DNA of 64,000 nt from Candidatus Dormiibacterota bacterium (GTDB taxonomy: Bacteria; Chloroflexota; Dormibacteria; Aeolococcales; Aeolococcaceae): the NCBI GenBank assembly GCA_963777285.1, contig CAVZPR010000002.1:564737-628736 (forward strand), read 5' to 3'. The notes below the pieces were generated by a model. The model searched no databases. It was not told the DNA's origin and saw only the letters and a list, made by a program, of their open reading frames with translations. The translations under genes were made by a program, and so were the position numbers. Shown piece after piece: positions 36,804 to 45,145 of this stretch; the stretch's first letter is position 1; each line of letters starts with the position of its first letter.

Positions 36804-37844
36804 ATGGTCAGCAACGAGGACGTGGTCCGGACCCTGGAGAGGGTGGCGGACCTGCTCGAAGTGAAGGGCGAGAACGTCTACAAGGTGCGCGCCTATCGCA
36901 CCGCCGCGACGCAGGTCGAAAACCTCGGCGAGACGCTGCAGACCATCGCCGCCCGCGAGGGAGGGCTCACCGGCATCCCCGGCTTCGGCGCCACCATCGC
37001 CGTGAAGGTGGACGAGCTCCTGGACACCGGGCGGCTCGCGTTTCTGGAGGAGCTGGAGTCCGAGGTGCCGCCATCGCTGCTGGAGCTCAGCGGCCTCCCC
37101 GGCGTGGGACCGCGCACGGTCGCGCTGCTGTGGCACGAGGCCGGGGTGACGTCGCTGGACGAGCTGGAGGCCGCAGCCCGCTCGGGTGCGCTCAGCGGCC
37201 TGCCGCGGCTGGGTGCCAAGACCGTCGAGCGCATCGTCGCCTCCCTCGACGAGCGGCGCGCTCGCGGCGGGGCACGCCGCCGTCCTCGCGAGGAGGTCGA
37301 GCCCGTGGCGAGCGCGCTGGTCGAGGCGCTTCGCGCGCTGCCCCAGGCCGAGCAGGTGGAGACGGCAGGCTCCTACCGCCGCGGCCGCGCCGAGGTCGGC
37401 GACCTCGACATCGTGGTCGCCACACCGGCGCCGTCGCGCGTGCTCACGTCGTTCTCGCAGCTGCAGCCGGTGGAGCGCGTGCTGCTGCGCGGTGACACCA
37501 AGTGCTCCGTGCACGTCGCGGCCGGCCTCCAGGTGGACTGCCGTGCGGTCGCTCCGCATCAGTTCGGCTCGGCGATGCAGTACTTCACCGGTTCGCAGGC
37601 GCACAACGTGCGCCTGCGAGCGCGCGCGCTGCGTCGTGGCCTGCTGCTCAACGAGTACGGCGTGTTCCACGCGGAGAGCGGCGGTCGCATCGCCGGCGAC
37701 ACCGAGGAGGATGTGTACGCGGTGCTCGGGCTGCGCTGGATCCCGCCCGAGAAGCGCGAGGATCGCGGCGAGGTCGAGGCCGCCGAGCTCGACACGCTCG
37801 ACGTCGGTGGCACGCCGGTCGCCCGCGTGCGCCAGAGGGCCTGA
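36804..37844 (+). CDS. family X DNA polymerase core (Pol beta-like), lacking a PHP domain
   Basis: This is the real part of ORF 35637..37844, from ATG 36804. It has HhH motifs (GIPGFGATIAVKV, LPGVGPRT), the catalytic GSYRRGRAEVGDLDIVV and YFTGSQAHN. It ends about 25 aa after IPPEKRED. Confidence 0.85.
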   Translation: MVSNEDVVRTLERVADLLEVKGENVYKVRAYRTAATQVENLGETLQTIAAREGGLTGIPGFGATIAVKVDELLDTGRLAFLEELESEVPPSLLELSGLPGVGPRTVALLWHEAGVTSLDELEAAARSGALSGLPRLGAKTVERIVASLDERRARGGARRRPREEVEPVASALVEALRALPQAEQVETAGSYRRGRAEVGDLDIVVATPAPSRVLTSFSQLQPVERVLLRGDTKCSVHVAAGLQVDCRAVAPHQFGSAMQYFTGSQAHNVRLRARALRRGLLLNEYGVFHAESGGRIAGDTEEDVYAVLGLRWIPPEKREDRGEVEAAELDTLDVGGTPVARVRQRA

Positions 37845-37845
37845 C

Positions 37846-38373
37846 GTGGACGAGCTGATCATCAAGGTGCCCGCGCCCTTCACGGGCATAGAGGATCTCG
37901 GCTTCAGCGCCCGGTATCCCGCGCAGGCGGCGGGCGAGCCGCTGCGCGACGTGCCGTTCTTCGTCGAGGGCCCATCGCGCCCCATGCGGGTGCTCGTCGA
38001 GCGGCTGGCGCTCTTCGCCGACAAGGATGAGATCCTCGGCGACGCAGGGGAGGACGACGCGTACAGCTGGACGGCGCCGGTGCGCCTCAGCGACGAGGTG
38101 TGCGTTTTGGCCTTCCGTGACCGCAGCCTGACCCGCTTCGGAGCGGCGCCGGCGGCGGACGCGGACCCGCAGCTGAGCCGTTCCTACGTCTGGAACCTGG
38201 TGCGTCCTCTGGCCTTCACGTTCCTGCGCGACTGCGTGCGCATCGGCGGGCTTCGCCTCGCCGAGCAGATCTCGCTGGTGCTCGACACCGGCCGTCCGCC
38301 TGTCGTGGACCTCGACATGCGCCGGGCGTCGATCACGCCGACCAACGGCAGCCTGCTCCTCTTCGGCGTCTAG
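37846..38373 (+). CDS. hypothetical protein (~175 aa) coupled to PolX
   Basis: ORF 37186..38373 trimmed to GTG 37846, 1 nt after the polX TGA. GC3 is high. I recognise no motif. Confidence 0.5.
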   Translation: MDELIIKVPAPFTGIEDLGFSARYPAQAAGEPLRDVPFFVEGPSRPMRVLVERLALFADKDEILGDAGEDDAYSWTAPVRLSDEVCVLAFRDRSLTRFGAAPAADADPQLSRSYVWNLVRPLAFTFLRDCVRIGGLRLAEQISLVLDTGRPPVVDLDMRRASITPTNGSLLLFGV

Positions 38374-38777
38374 GGAACCGGCGTCGGCAAAACAGACGGG
38401 GTCGGCGTCGGCGCCACGCTCACCGTCGGCGTCGATTTCGGTGTCGGTGTCGGCACCGACGTCGGCGGCAGCGGCGCGGTCGGGCAGTTGGCCAGCGCCG
38501 CGTTGAACGGCGTCGGTGTTGGCGTCGGCGCAACGCTTGCCGGCGCGCTCGGCGACGCGGACGCGCTGGCGGAGGGCTTGGGCGTCGGTTTTGGTGTCGG
38601 CGTCGGCTTGGGCGTGGGTGTGACCACGTACGGCGTGTACGACGGGCACGGAGGCAGCGTCGACGCCGGGGGCGCGTGCGAGCCTGCGACCACGAGCGAC
38701 ACGGCGACGGCGATGGCGCCGACGATGACCGTGACCACGAAGGTCACTGCCCCCCATTCACGCAGCAGCGGCCTCAC
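38370..38777 (-). CDS. membrane-anchored Pro/Thr-rich protein
   Basis: 135-aa ORF with an N-terminal TM segment, then TPTPKPTPTPKPTPKP-type repeats. A GTGA overlap joins it to the galU stop. Confidence 0.55.
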   Translation of the reverse strand: MRPLLREWGAVTFVVTVIVGAIAVAVSLVVAGSHAPPASTLPPCPSYTPYVVTPTPKPTPTPKPTPKPSASASASPSAPASVAPTPTPTPFNAALANCPTAPLPPTSVPTPTPKSTPTVSVAPTPTPSVLPTPVP

Positions 38778-39637
38778 GCCGGCACCGCCTCGAGTGCCGC
38801 GCGCAGCACACCCGCCAGCTCGCGGTCACGCGCCGCGAGGCGCACGTTGGTCGCCAGCCAGCCGCGCGGCGTGCCCACGTCGAGCAGCTCGCCCTCGAAC
38901 TCGACTCCCCACACGCCGCCGCGCTGCAGCAGCCCCGCGATGCCGTCGGTCAGCTGCACCTCACCCAGCGCGCCGGGTCTTGTGGCACGCAGCGAGTCGA
39001 ACACGTCCGGCGTGAGCACGTAGCGACCCATCACCGCGAGGTCGCTCTTCGCCTCCTCCGCGCGTGGCTTCTCCACCAGGCCGACGACGCGATGCAGGCG
39101 GCCGTGTGACTCGTCCACTTCCGCGACACCATATCGGGCGATCTCCGCACCGGGCACGCGCATGAGCGCGAGCACCGTTGTGCCGAAGCGCTGGTGCGCG
39201 TCCCAGAGCTGCGCCAGGATCGGCCGCTCCGCGATGGAGAGATCGTCGGGCAGCATGCAGAGGAAGGGCTCGCGCGGCACCGCACCCTCCGCGGCGAGCA
39301 CGGCGTCACCGAGGCCGTGCGGATCAGCCTGCGTGGCCACGGTCACCCGGGCCAGGGACCCGGAGCGGCGCACCGCGGCGAGCTTCTCGGTCTTGCCGCG
39401 CGCCTGGAGGAGGCGCTCCAGCTCGGGCGCGGGCCGCAGGTGGTCGGCCACCTCGTCCTTGCCCTCGGCCAGCACCAGCACGACGTCGGTCGCGCCCGCC
39501 GCCACGGCTTCCTCGACCGCCCACTCGATCACCGGCCGGTCGAGCACGGGCAGCAGCTCCTTCGGGAGTGCCTTGGTCACGGGCAGGAATCGGGTGCCCA
39601 GTCCGGCGGCCGGTATGACGCAATAGCGGGTGGCCAC
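38774..39637 (-). CDS. galU: UTP--glucose-1-phosphate uridylyltransferase
   Basis: This is the C-terminal part of shadow ORF 38774..41347, from GTG 39637. It reads VIPAAGLGTRFLPVTKALPKELLPV...VEKP. Confidence 0.92.
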   Translation of the reverse strand: MATRYCVIPAAGLGTRFLPVTKALPKELLPVLDRPVIEWAVEEAVAAGATDVVLVLAEGKDEVADHLRPAPELERLLQARGKTEKLAAVRRSGSLARVTVATQADPHGLGDAVLAAEGAVPREPFLCMLPDDLSIAERPILAQLWDAHQRFGTTVLALMRVPGAEIARYGVAEVDESHGRLHRVVGLVEKPRAEEAKSDLAVMGRYVLTPDVFDSLRATRPGALGEVQLTDGIAGLLQRGGVWGVEFEGELLDVGTPRGWLATNVRLAARDRELAGVLRAALEAVPA

Positions 39638-39699
39638 GGCGGGGCATTGTCGCCGCTGAGGCTCCGACCGTGCAGTCGCAGCGCCGCTACCCTGTCCCG

Positions 39700-41590
39700 A
39701 TGCTCGACGTGCGCAGCGCGCTGGTGCAGGCGGTCCGCGAGGCGCTGGACGCTCTCGGCGCCGCCGTCGACGTGGTCGTCGAGCCTTCGGCGCGCGCGGA
39801 GTTCGGCGACTGGTCCACGCCTGCTCCGCTGGCCGCGGCGCGGGTGCTGCGCCGCGCTCCTCTGCAGATCGCCGAGGAATTACGCGATCGGCTGCAGGCG
39901 GCGCCGCTCGAGGTTGTCGAGTTCCTGGAACGTCACCCCGCCTGGCTTCGTCAACGCGCGCCTGCGCGACCGCGTGTGGGCTCGTGACGTCATCAGCACA
40001 GCGCTCGCGCTCGACACGGCGACGCCTCTCGAGCTGCCCAGTGGCTACAACTTCGTGACCGGCAAGACGCTGGTGGAGCACACCGCCACCAACCCCAACA
40101 AGGCTGCGCACATCGGCCACCTGCGCAACGCGTGCATCGGCGACACGGTGGCGCGGGTGCTGCGTCGCACCGGCCACGAGGTCGAGGTGGACAACTACAT
40201 CGACGACACAGGCGTGCAGGTGGCGGACGTGGCCATCGCCATTCGCGACCTGCACCTGGAGCCGGATCCCGGTGAGCCCTTCGACCAGTTCTGCTCGCGC
40301 GCCTACGTGGAGGTGTCGCGCCGCTACGAGCAGGACCCAGCGCTGACGGCGCGGCGCGCCGAGGTGCTGCACGAGATCGAAGCCGGGGGCAACGACACCG
40401 CTGCGTTCGTCAAGGATCTGACCCGCCGCATCGTGACGGCGCACCTCGCCACCATGGCGCGCTTCGACATCCACTACGACCTGCTGACCTGGGAGTCGGA
40501 CATCATCGGCCTCGGCTTCTGGCGGCAGGCGTTCGAGCTGCTGCGCGACGGCGGCGCGATCCTGCACGTCGAGTCGGGCAAGCACGCGGGCTGCTGGGTG
40601 ATGCCGCCGGAGGGCGCCGGCAGCGACACCGAGGACGACGAGACCAAGGTGCTGGTGAAGTCGGACGGGATCGCCACGTACACGGCGAAGGACATCGCCT
40701 ACCAGCTCTGGAAGTTCGGGCTGCTGGGTCGCGACTTCCATTACCGGCGCTGGGATCCCGGCGATCCGCAATCGCCGGCGACCACCGCGTCGCACGCGGG
40801 CGACGGCGAGGTGCCGCGGTCGTTCGGCGGCGCGCGCCGCGTGATCAACGTGATCGACGCACGCCAGGCGTATCCGCAGCAGGTGGTGCAGCGCGCGCTG
40901 CGCCGCCTCGGTCACGAGGCGGAAGCGGAGAGCTCGGTGCACCTGGCGTACGAGGTGGTGGCGCTGACCCCGGCGGCGGCGCGCATCCTCGGGGTGGACG
41001 TCAGCGAAGGGCGCGGGCACTACGCGCTGAGCGGCCGTCGCGGCATCGAGGTGCGGGCCGACGACCTGCTCGACCGCGCCGTCGAGCGGCTCGCCGAGAA
41101 GGCGCGTGACGCGGACTCGGCGCGCGCCGTGGCGGCCGGCGCGGTGCGCTACTACCTGCAGCGGTTCTCGCTGACGCAGATCATCGCGTTCGACTTCGAT
41201 GAGGCGCTGCGCACCACGGGCGACACCGGCGTGTACCTGCAGTACGCGCACGCCCGCGCCGCAGGAATTCTGCGGCGCGTTCCGGACGACGGCGCAGCGC
41301 TCGTCGTCCCGCCGCAGCTCGAGGCGGCCGAGCGTGCGCTGCTGCACCGCATCGACGCATACCGTCGCTCACTCGCAGAGGCGGCGACATCACTCTCTCC
41401 GTCGGTGCTGACGTCGTACGCGTTCGCACTGGCGTCTGCGCTGAGCGACTTCTACGAGCACACACCGCCCGTGGTTCGGGAGTCCGACGCGACGGTGCGG
41501 CGCTTCCGCCGCGCGCTCGTAGCCGCGACACGCGCCACGCTGGGCGACGCGCTGCGCACGCTGGGCATGGCCGCGCCCGACCAGGTGTGA
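39700..41590 (+). CDS. argS: arginine--tRNA ligase, interrupted by an apparent +1 frameshift near 39920
   Basis: The N-terminal Arg_tRNA_synt_N-like part (MLDVRSALVQAV...FGDWSTPAPLAAARVLRRAPLQIAEEL) is in the frame of ORF 39670..39987. The rest (TPPGFVNARL...NPNKAAHIGHLRNA...) is in the frame of ORF 39194..41590. Confidence 0.9.
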
Positions 41591-41621
41591 CGCCGCGGCA
41601 CGGCTACAATCCGAGGTCCGC

Positions 41622-41695
41622 GCCCCGTTCGTCTAGTGGCCCAGGACACCGCCCTCTCAAGGCGGAGATCATCGGTTCGAATCCGATACGGGGTA
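41622..41695 (+). tRNA. tRNA-Glu (anticodon CUC)
   Basis: Manual cloverleaf: GCCCCGT-TC-GTCT-AGTGGCCCA-GGAC-A-CCGCC-CTCTCAA-GGCGG-AGATC-ATCGG-TTCGAAT-CCGAT-ACGGGGT-A. It has a G1-U72 wobble and no encoded CCA. Confidence 0.9.
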
Positions 41696-41829
41696 CTCGA
41701 AGTTGATGTCGTTAGCGTTGCGAGAGGGCGGTGTCCATCGGAGGGTGAGGCGATGCGGCTCTGCTGCATCGCCGAGGGAGGCGTGCCTCCCTGACAAAGC
41801 TCGGGGTCCCCGGGCGGCTTGCCGCCTGG

Positions 41830-41881
41830 GGACACCGCCCTCTCAAGGCGGAGATCATCGGTTCGAATCCGATACGGGGTA
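41830..41881 (+). repeat. exact 52-nt direct repeat of the 3' part of tRNA-Glu(CUC), from the D-stem 3' strand to the discriminator
   Basis: 41830-41881 is identical to 41644-41695. The upstream sequence lacks a canonical acceptor 5' strand and D-loop, having TCCCCGG-GCGGCTTGCCGC instead. Confidence 0.85.
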
Positions 41882-41893
41882 GACAAACGCAGA

Positions 41894-43030
41894 TCAGTCC
41901 GTCCACTGCGCAGCCGCATCGGTCGCGAGCGTGCGCACCGATCCGGCCGCGGAGACCACGTACGTGCCTGCGAAGGATGGGTGTGTGGCCACCAGCGTGT
42001 CATCGGAGAGCCAGCCGAGCCCTGCGAGATACAGGCTGCGCGGCCCTTCGGTGACGGCTCCCGAGATCATGTCGACGATCGAGAGCTGGTCGCGGCGCGC
42101 GCCGTTCGTCTGGCAGTCGAAGGAGATGGACGCGTATCGCGCGTCAGCCGACAGCGTCACGCCCTCGTAGTCCTTCGCGTCGACCCCAGGGCAGGCGGCG
42201 ACCGCAGCGGGCAGCACCGCGAACGTCCGTCGCCGGCTGTTCGGCGGGACGAGCACCAGCCGCACGCCACCCGGCGCCGCTTGCTCGGTGCAGAGCAGCG
42301 CGCCCGTGTCCGCGATTGCGGCGAAATCGCAGCCGCCGCCGAGGCGCGCGTCGAGGTTCGTGAACGCCGCCGTCACGGGGTCGACGAGAGCGGTGGAGAC
42401 CACGCTGCTTCCGATCGAACACGCGGCAGCCTGCACCACGATGCCCGCGGCGTTGAACGACAGCGCGTTCCAGCGGCCGTCGACCCGGGGCAGCGCCACC
42501 AGACGCACGGCGCCGCCGACGCCGGCCATGTGCAGCGTCGCGGCCGCGCTCGCGGAGCACGGGCTGCTGGTCGTGATCCACCCCCAACTCTCGCCGTCCT
42601 CCGAGCCGATGGCGTCCACAAACGTGTCCCGGTTCATCGGCGGTTCCAGCTGCCTCCACCGTCCGGTGGAATCGATCGCCTCCAGCGTGACGCCACCAGG
42701 AAGCTGGCCACCCTGGTTGAGGATGCCGAAAAGCTGCGCGCCGAAACGCGAACGCAGTGATGGAGTCGACGCCGTCTGCGGCAGGGACCCGGTCTCGACT
42801 CCGTCCTCGTACATCAGCCGATCCGGGCCCTCTGCGCTGAGCAGCGCCAGCAGCGTCCGGGGCGCCGGCAGCTGCGCAGGCGACGGCGACGCCGAGGGCC
42901 GCAGCGTCGGTTGCAGGGTCGCGGTGTCGGTCGCCACCGCGGTGGGCGACACCGGCGCCGCGGGCGAGCAGCCTGCTGTGGCCACAAGGCCGGCGAGCAG
43001 GGCGCCGGCAGGCAACACACGCGTGAGCAT
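41894..43030 (-). CDS. hypothetical lipoprotein
   Basis: 378-aa ORF with the signal plus lipobox LLAGLVATAGC, a Pro/Ser-rich linker and a beta-rich body. Confidence 0.6.
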   Translation of the reverse strand: MLTRVLPAGALLAGLVATAGCSPAAPVSPTAVATDTATLQPTLRPSASPSPAQLPAPRTLLALLSAEGPDRLMYEDGVETGSLPQTASTPSLRSRFGAQLFGILNQGGQLPGGVTLEAIDSTGRWRQLEPPMNRDTFVDAIGSEDGESWGWITTSSPCSASAAATLHMAGVGGAVRLVALPRVDGRWNALSFNAAGIVVQAAACSIGSSVVSTALVDPVTAAFTNLDARLGGGCDFAAIADTGALLCTEQAAPGGVRLVLVPPNSRRRTFAVLPAAVAACPGVDAKDYEGVTLSADARYASISFDCQTNGARRDQLSIVDMISGAVTEGPRSLYLAGLGWLSDDTLVATHPSFAGTYVVSAAGSVRTLATDAAAQWTD

Positions 43031-43114
43031 CGGGTCCCTCGGGCTTCGATATGTGCCGGATTAACGCCGCGCCCGACGTCTGGTTATCACGCGCAGGATT
43101 GGTGTGCCCCGCCC

Positions 43115-43492
43115 CTAGCCGCCCCCCACCTCGGCCGCGGACCGCGGCAGCCGGGTGCGCGTGAAGTGCATCGCGCCTGCCGGAACCAGCCACTCCATCA
43201 CCTGCTGCTCGAAGCGGCCGGCGACGACGGCCGGATCCGGATGTGCAGCCAGCAGCTCGCGCACGCGATCGGGTTCGGCTCGCCAGATGCTCAGACCGCG
43301 GAACAGCCTGTCGTCAGCGCCGGGCAGCGGTCCGGCCGCCAGCAGCTCGCCGGCCTCGTGCAGGTCCGCGAGGTGTGCCAGGTGCTCGTCCTGCAGCTCA
43401 TCGAGTGCTTCCTCGCTGAACCGCGGTGCGTCGGCTCGCAGTGTGAGAAGCGTGACCGTGTAGCGCTCCAGGTGGACCATCGCGCGCAGCAT
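43115..43492 (-). CDS. YciI-like protein
   Basis: 125-aa ORF reading HLADLHEAGELLAAGPL...RGLSIW. An alternative start is MVHLERY at 43480. Confidence 0.6.
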   Translation of the reverse strand: MLRAMVHLERYTVTLLTLRADAPRFSEEALDELQDEHLAHLADLHEAGELLAAGPLPGADDRLFRGLSIWRAEPDRVRELLAAHPDPAVVAGRFEQQVMEWLVPAGAMHFTRTRLPRSAAEVGGG

Positions 43493-43525
43493 ACGCGCGG
43501 CCCGCAGACCGCGCGGCGCGAGGCG

Positions 43526-45145
43526 TCAGCCGGTGAGCTTGCCCGGATTCATGATTCCCGCGGCGTCGAACGACGCCCGCAGCGCGTGCAGCGCACGCAT
43601 GCCTGCGTCACCAGCCTGCCGCCGCAGCCACGGAGCGTGGTCGCGTCCCACCGCGTGATGGTGGCTCAGCGCGCCGCCGTGCTCGAGTATCGCGTCCGTC
43701 GCAGCGGACTTTGCACCCGTCCACTGCGCCACCGGATCGGCGGGGTCGCGGCGTGCCAGGACGGTCATGTACAGCGACGCCCCCTCCGGGTACACGTGCG
43801 ACACGTGGCAGCCGACCAGCGGTGGCGTGCCCGCCAGCGATGCACGCAGCGAAGCTCGAATCGCGATGCGCAACGGCGCCAGGTCGCGCCACGTCGCGGC
43901 GGTCTCCAGGGTCTCCACCAGCACCCCGCGGTCGAGCAGCGAGTCGCGCAGGTACGGCGCCTCGAACCGCGTGCGCAACCACGCGCGTCCCGGTGCGGTG
44001 CCCAGCCCGACGGCGCCGTGACGGCGCAGCGCACGCGCCGCGGCGCGCACACGAGCGCCCGCGTCACGAGCGCCGGCCTCCCAGCCGAGGATCGCCATGC
44101 ACGGCGCCGGCTGGCCACGCAAGCGCAGGTATTGCAATGCTGCGCGAGCCGCCGCTCCGTCGCCGGCCATGGCGAACCAGGCGCGCGTCTCATCCTCGTC
44201 CGCAAGCCGGGTCACGTCGGGCAGCGCGCGCGACAGCGCCAGCTCTCGCAGCGCGGCGATGCCGCTGTCGAGGTCGGCGAACGTCCAGGCGGCGTAACGA
44301 CGGAAGCGCGGTCGCGGCCGCACGCGCACCGTGACGTCGGTGATGACGCCTAGCGTCCCTTCGGAGCCGAGCACGAGCTGCAGCAGCGACGGGCCGGCCG
44401 CGTCCGGCGGGCGAGGCGAGATGGACAGCGGCCCTTGCGGAGCGATGAGCGTCGCGCCACGCACCAGCTCGTCGAACCTTCCCATCCCGCTCGACGCCTG
44501 CCCCGCCGAGCGCGTGGCCGCGAAGCCGCCGACGGTGGCGTACTCGAACGACTGCGGGTAGTGGCCCAGCGTGAGGCCGTTACGCGCCAGTGCCGCCTCA
44601 GCGGCCGGCCCCGTCATGCCCGCCTGCAGCGTGGCCAGCTGCGACCGCACGTCCACATCGGTGCACGAAGCCATGCGCATCAGCGAAACGGTCACAACCG
44701 ACCTGAGCTCGCCGCGCAGCGGCGCGACTCCCCCCACGACGCTGGTTCCCCCGCCGAACGGCACCACGGCGCAGCGCTCCTCGGCGCACACGCGCAGCAC
44801 CCGCTGCACCTCGTCGGCGGACGCCGGATGCACCACCGCGTCCGGCGCCTCGGCGATCACGCCCGAGCGCAGCGCGAGGAGGTCGAGGTAGCTGCGCCCG
44901 GCGGCGTGACGCAGCCGTGCAGCGTCGTCGCGGCGCACATTCGAGCTGCCCACCGCGGCGGAGAGGCGGCGGCGCAGCCGGTCGGGCAGGGCCGGCGGCG
45001 GCAGCTGCACGCGTTCGCGAGGCACCGCGGGCGTGACCACGTCGCGGTCGATTCCTACGTCGGCATGCAGCAGACGCATGAGAGCCGGTGGTGGCTCGAC
45101 GTGGCGATCCCCCCAGCCGCACCAGCGGAGCGGCGGTGGCGTCAT
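43526..45145 (-). CDS. FAD-linked oxidase (alkyl-DHAP-synthase/GlcD-like flavoprotein)
   Basis: 539-aa ORF with a PCMH-type FAD-binding region (VVPFGGGTSVVGG). An ATGA overlap joins it to glpD. Confidence 0.85.
   Translation of the reverse strand: MTPPPLRWCGWGDRHVEPPPALMRLLHADVGIDRDVVTPAVPRERVQLPPPALPDRLRRRLSAAVGSSNVRRDDAARLRHAAGRSYLDLLALRSGVIAEAPDAVVHPASADEVQRVLRVCAEERCAVVPFGGGTSVVGGVAPLRGELRSVVTVSLMRMASCTDVDVRSQLATLQAGMTGPAAEAALARNGLTLGHYPQSFEYATVGGFAATRSAGQASSGMGRFDELVRGATLIAPQGPLSISPRPPDAAGPSLLQLVLGSEGTLGVITDVTVRVRPRPRFRRYAAWTFADLDSGIAALRELALSRALPDVTRLADEDETRAWFAMAGDGAAARAALQYLRLRGQPAPCMAILGWEAGARDAGARVRAAARALRRHGAVGLGTAPGRAWLRTRFEAPYLRDSLLDRGVLVETLETAATWRDLAPLRIAIRASLRASLAGTPPLVGCHVSHVYPEGASLYMTVLARRDPADPVAQWTGAKSAATDAILEHGGALSHHHAVGRDHAPWLRRQAGDAGMRALHALRASFDAAGIMNPGKLTG

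Noticed and set aside
38400-38650. Short periodic GGCGTCGG/GGTGTCGG repeats, and similar ones at 52740-52830, that could look like a repeat array.
   Set aside because: They encode in-frame TPTPKP and PEPEPDP low-complexity linkers within ORFs. There are no unique spacers of regular length, so this is not a CRISPR array.
41780-41881. A second functional tRNA-Glu(CUC) gene.
   Set aside because: Only the 3' 52 nt match. The 5' side offers a 5-bp acceptor helix with mismatches at both ends, and a GCGG-CUUG-CCGC hairpin in place of a D-arm with G18G19. I treat it as a partial duplicate or pseudo-tRNA.
41622-43100. A genomic island or prophage integrated at tRNA-Glu.
   Set aside because: The direct repeats are only 134 nt apart. 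No integrase, excisionase, transposase or phage gene lies between or next to them. The downstream genes are an ordinary lipoprotein and a YciI-like protein.
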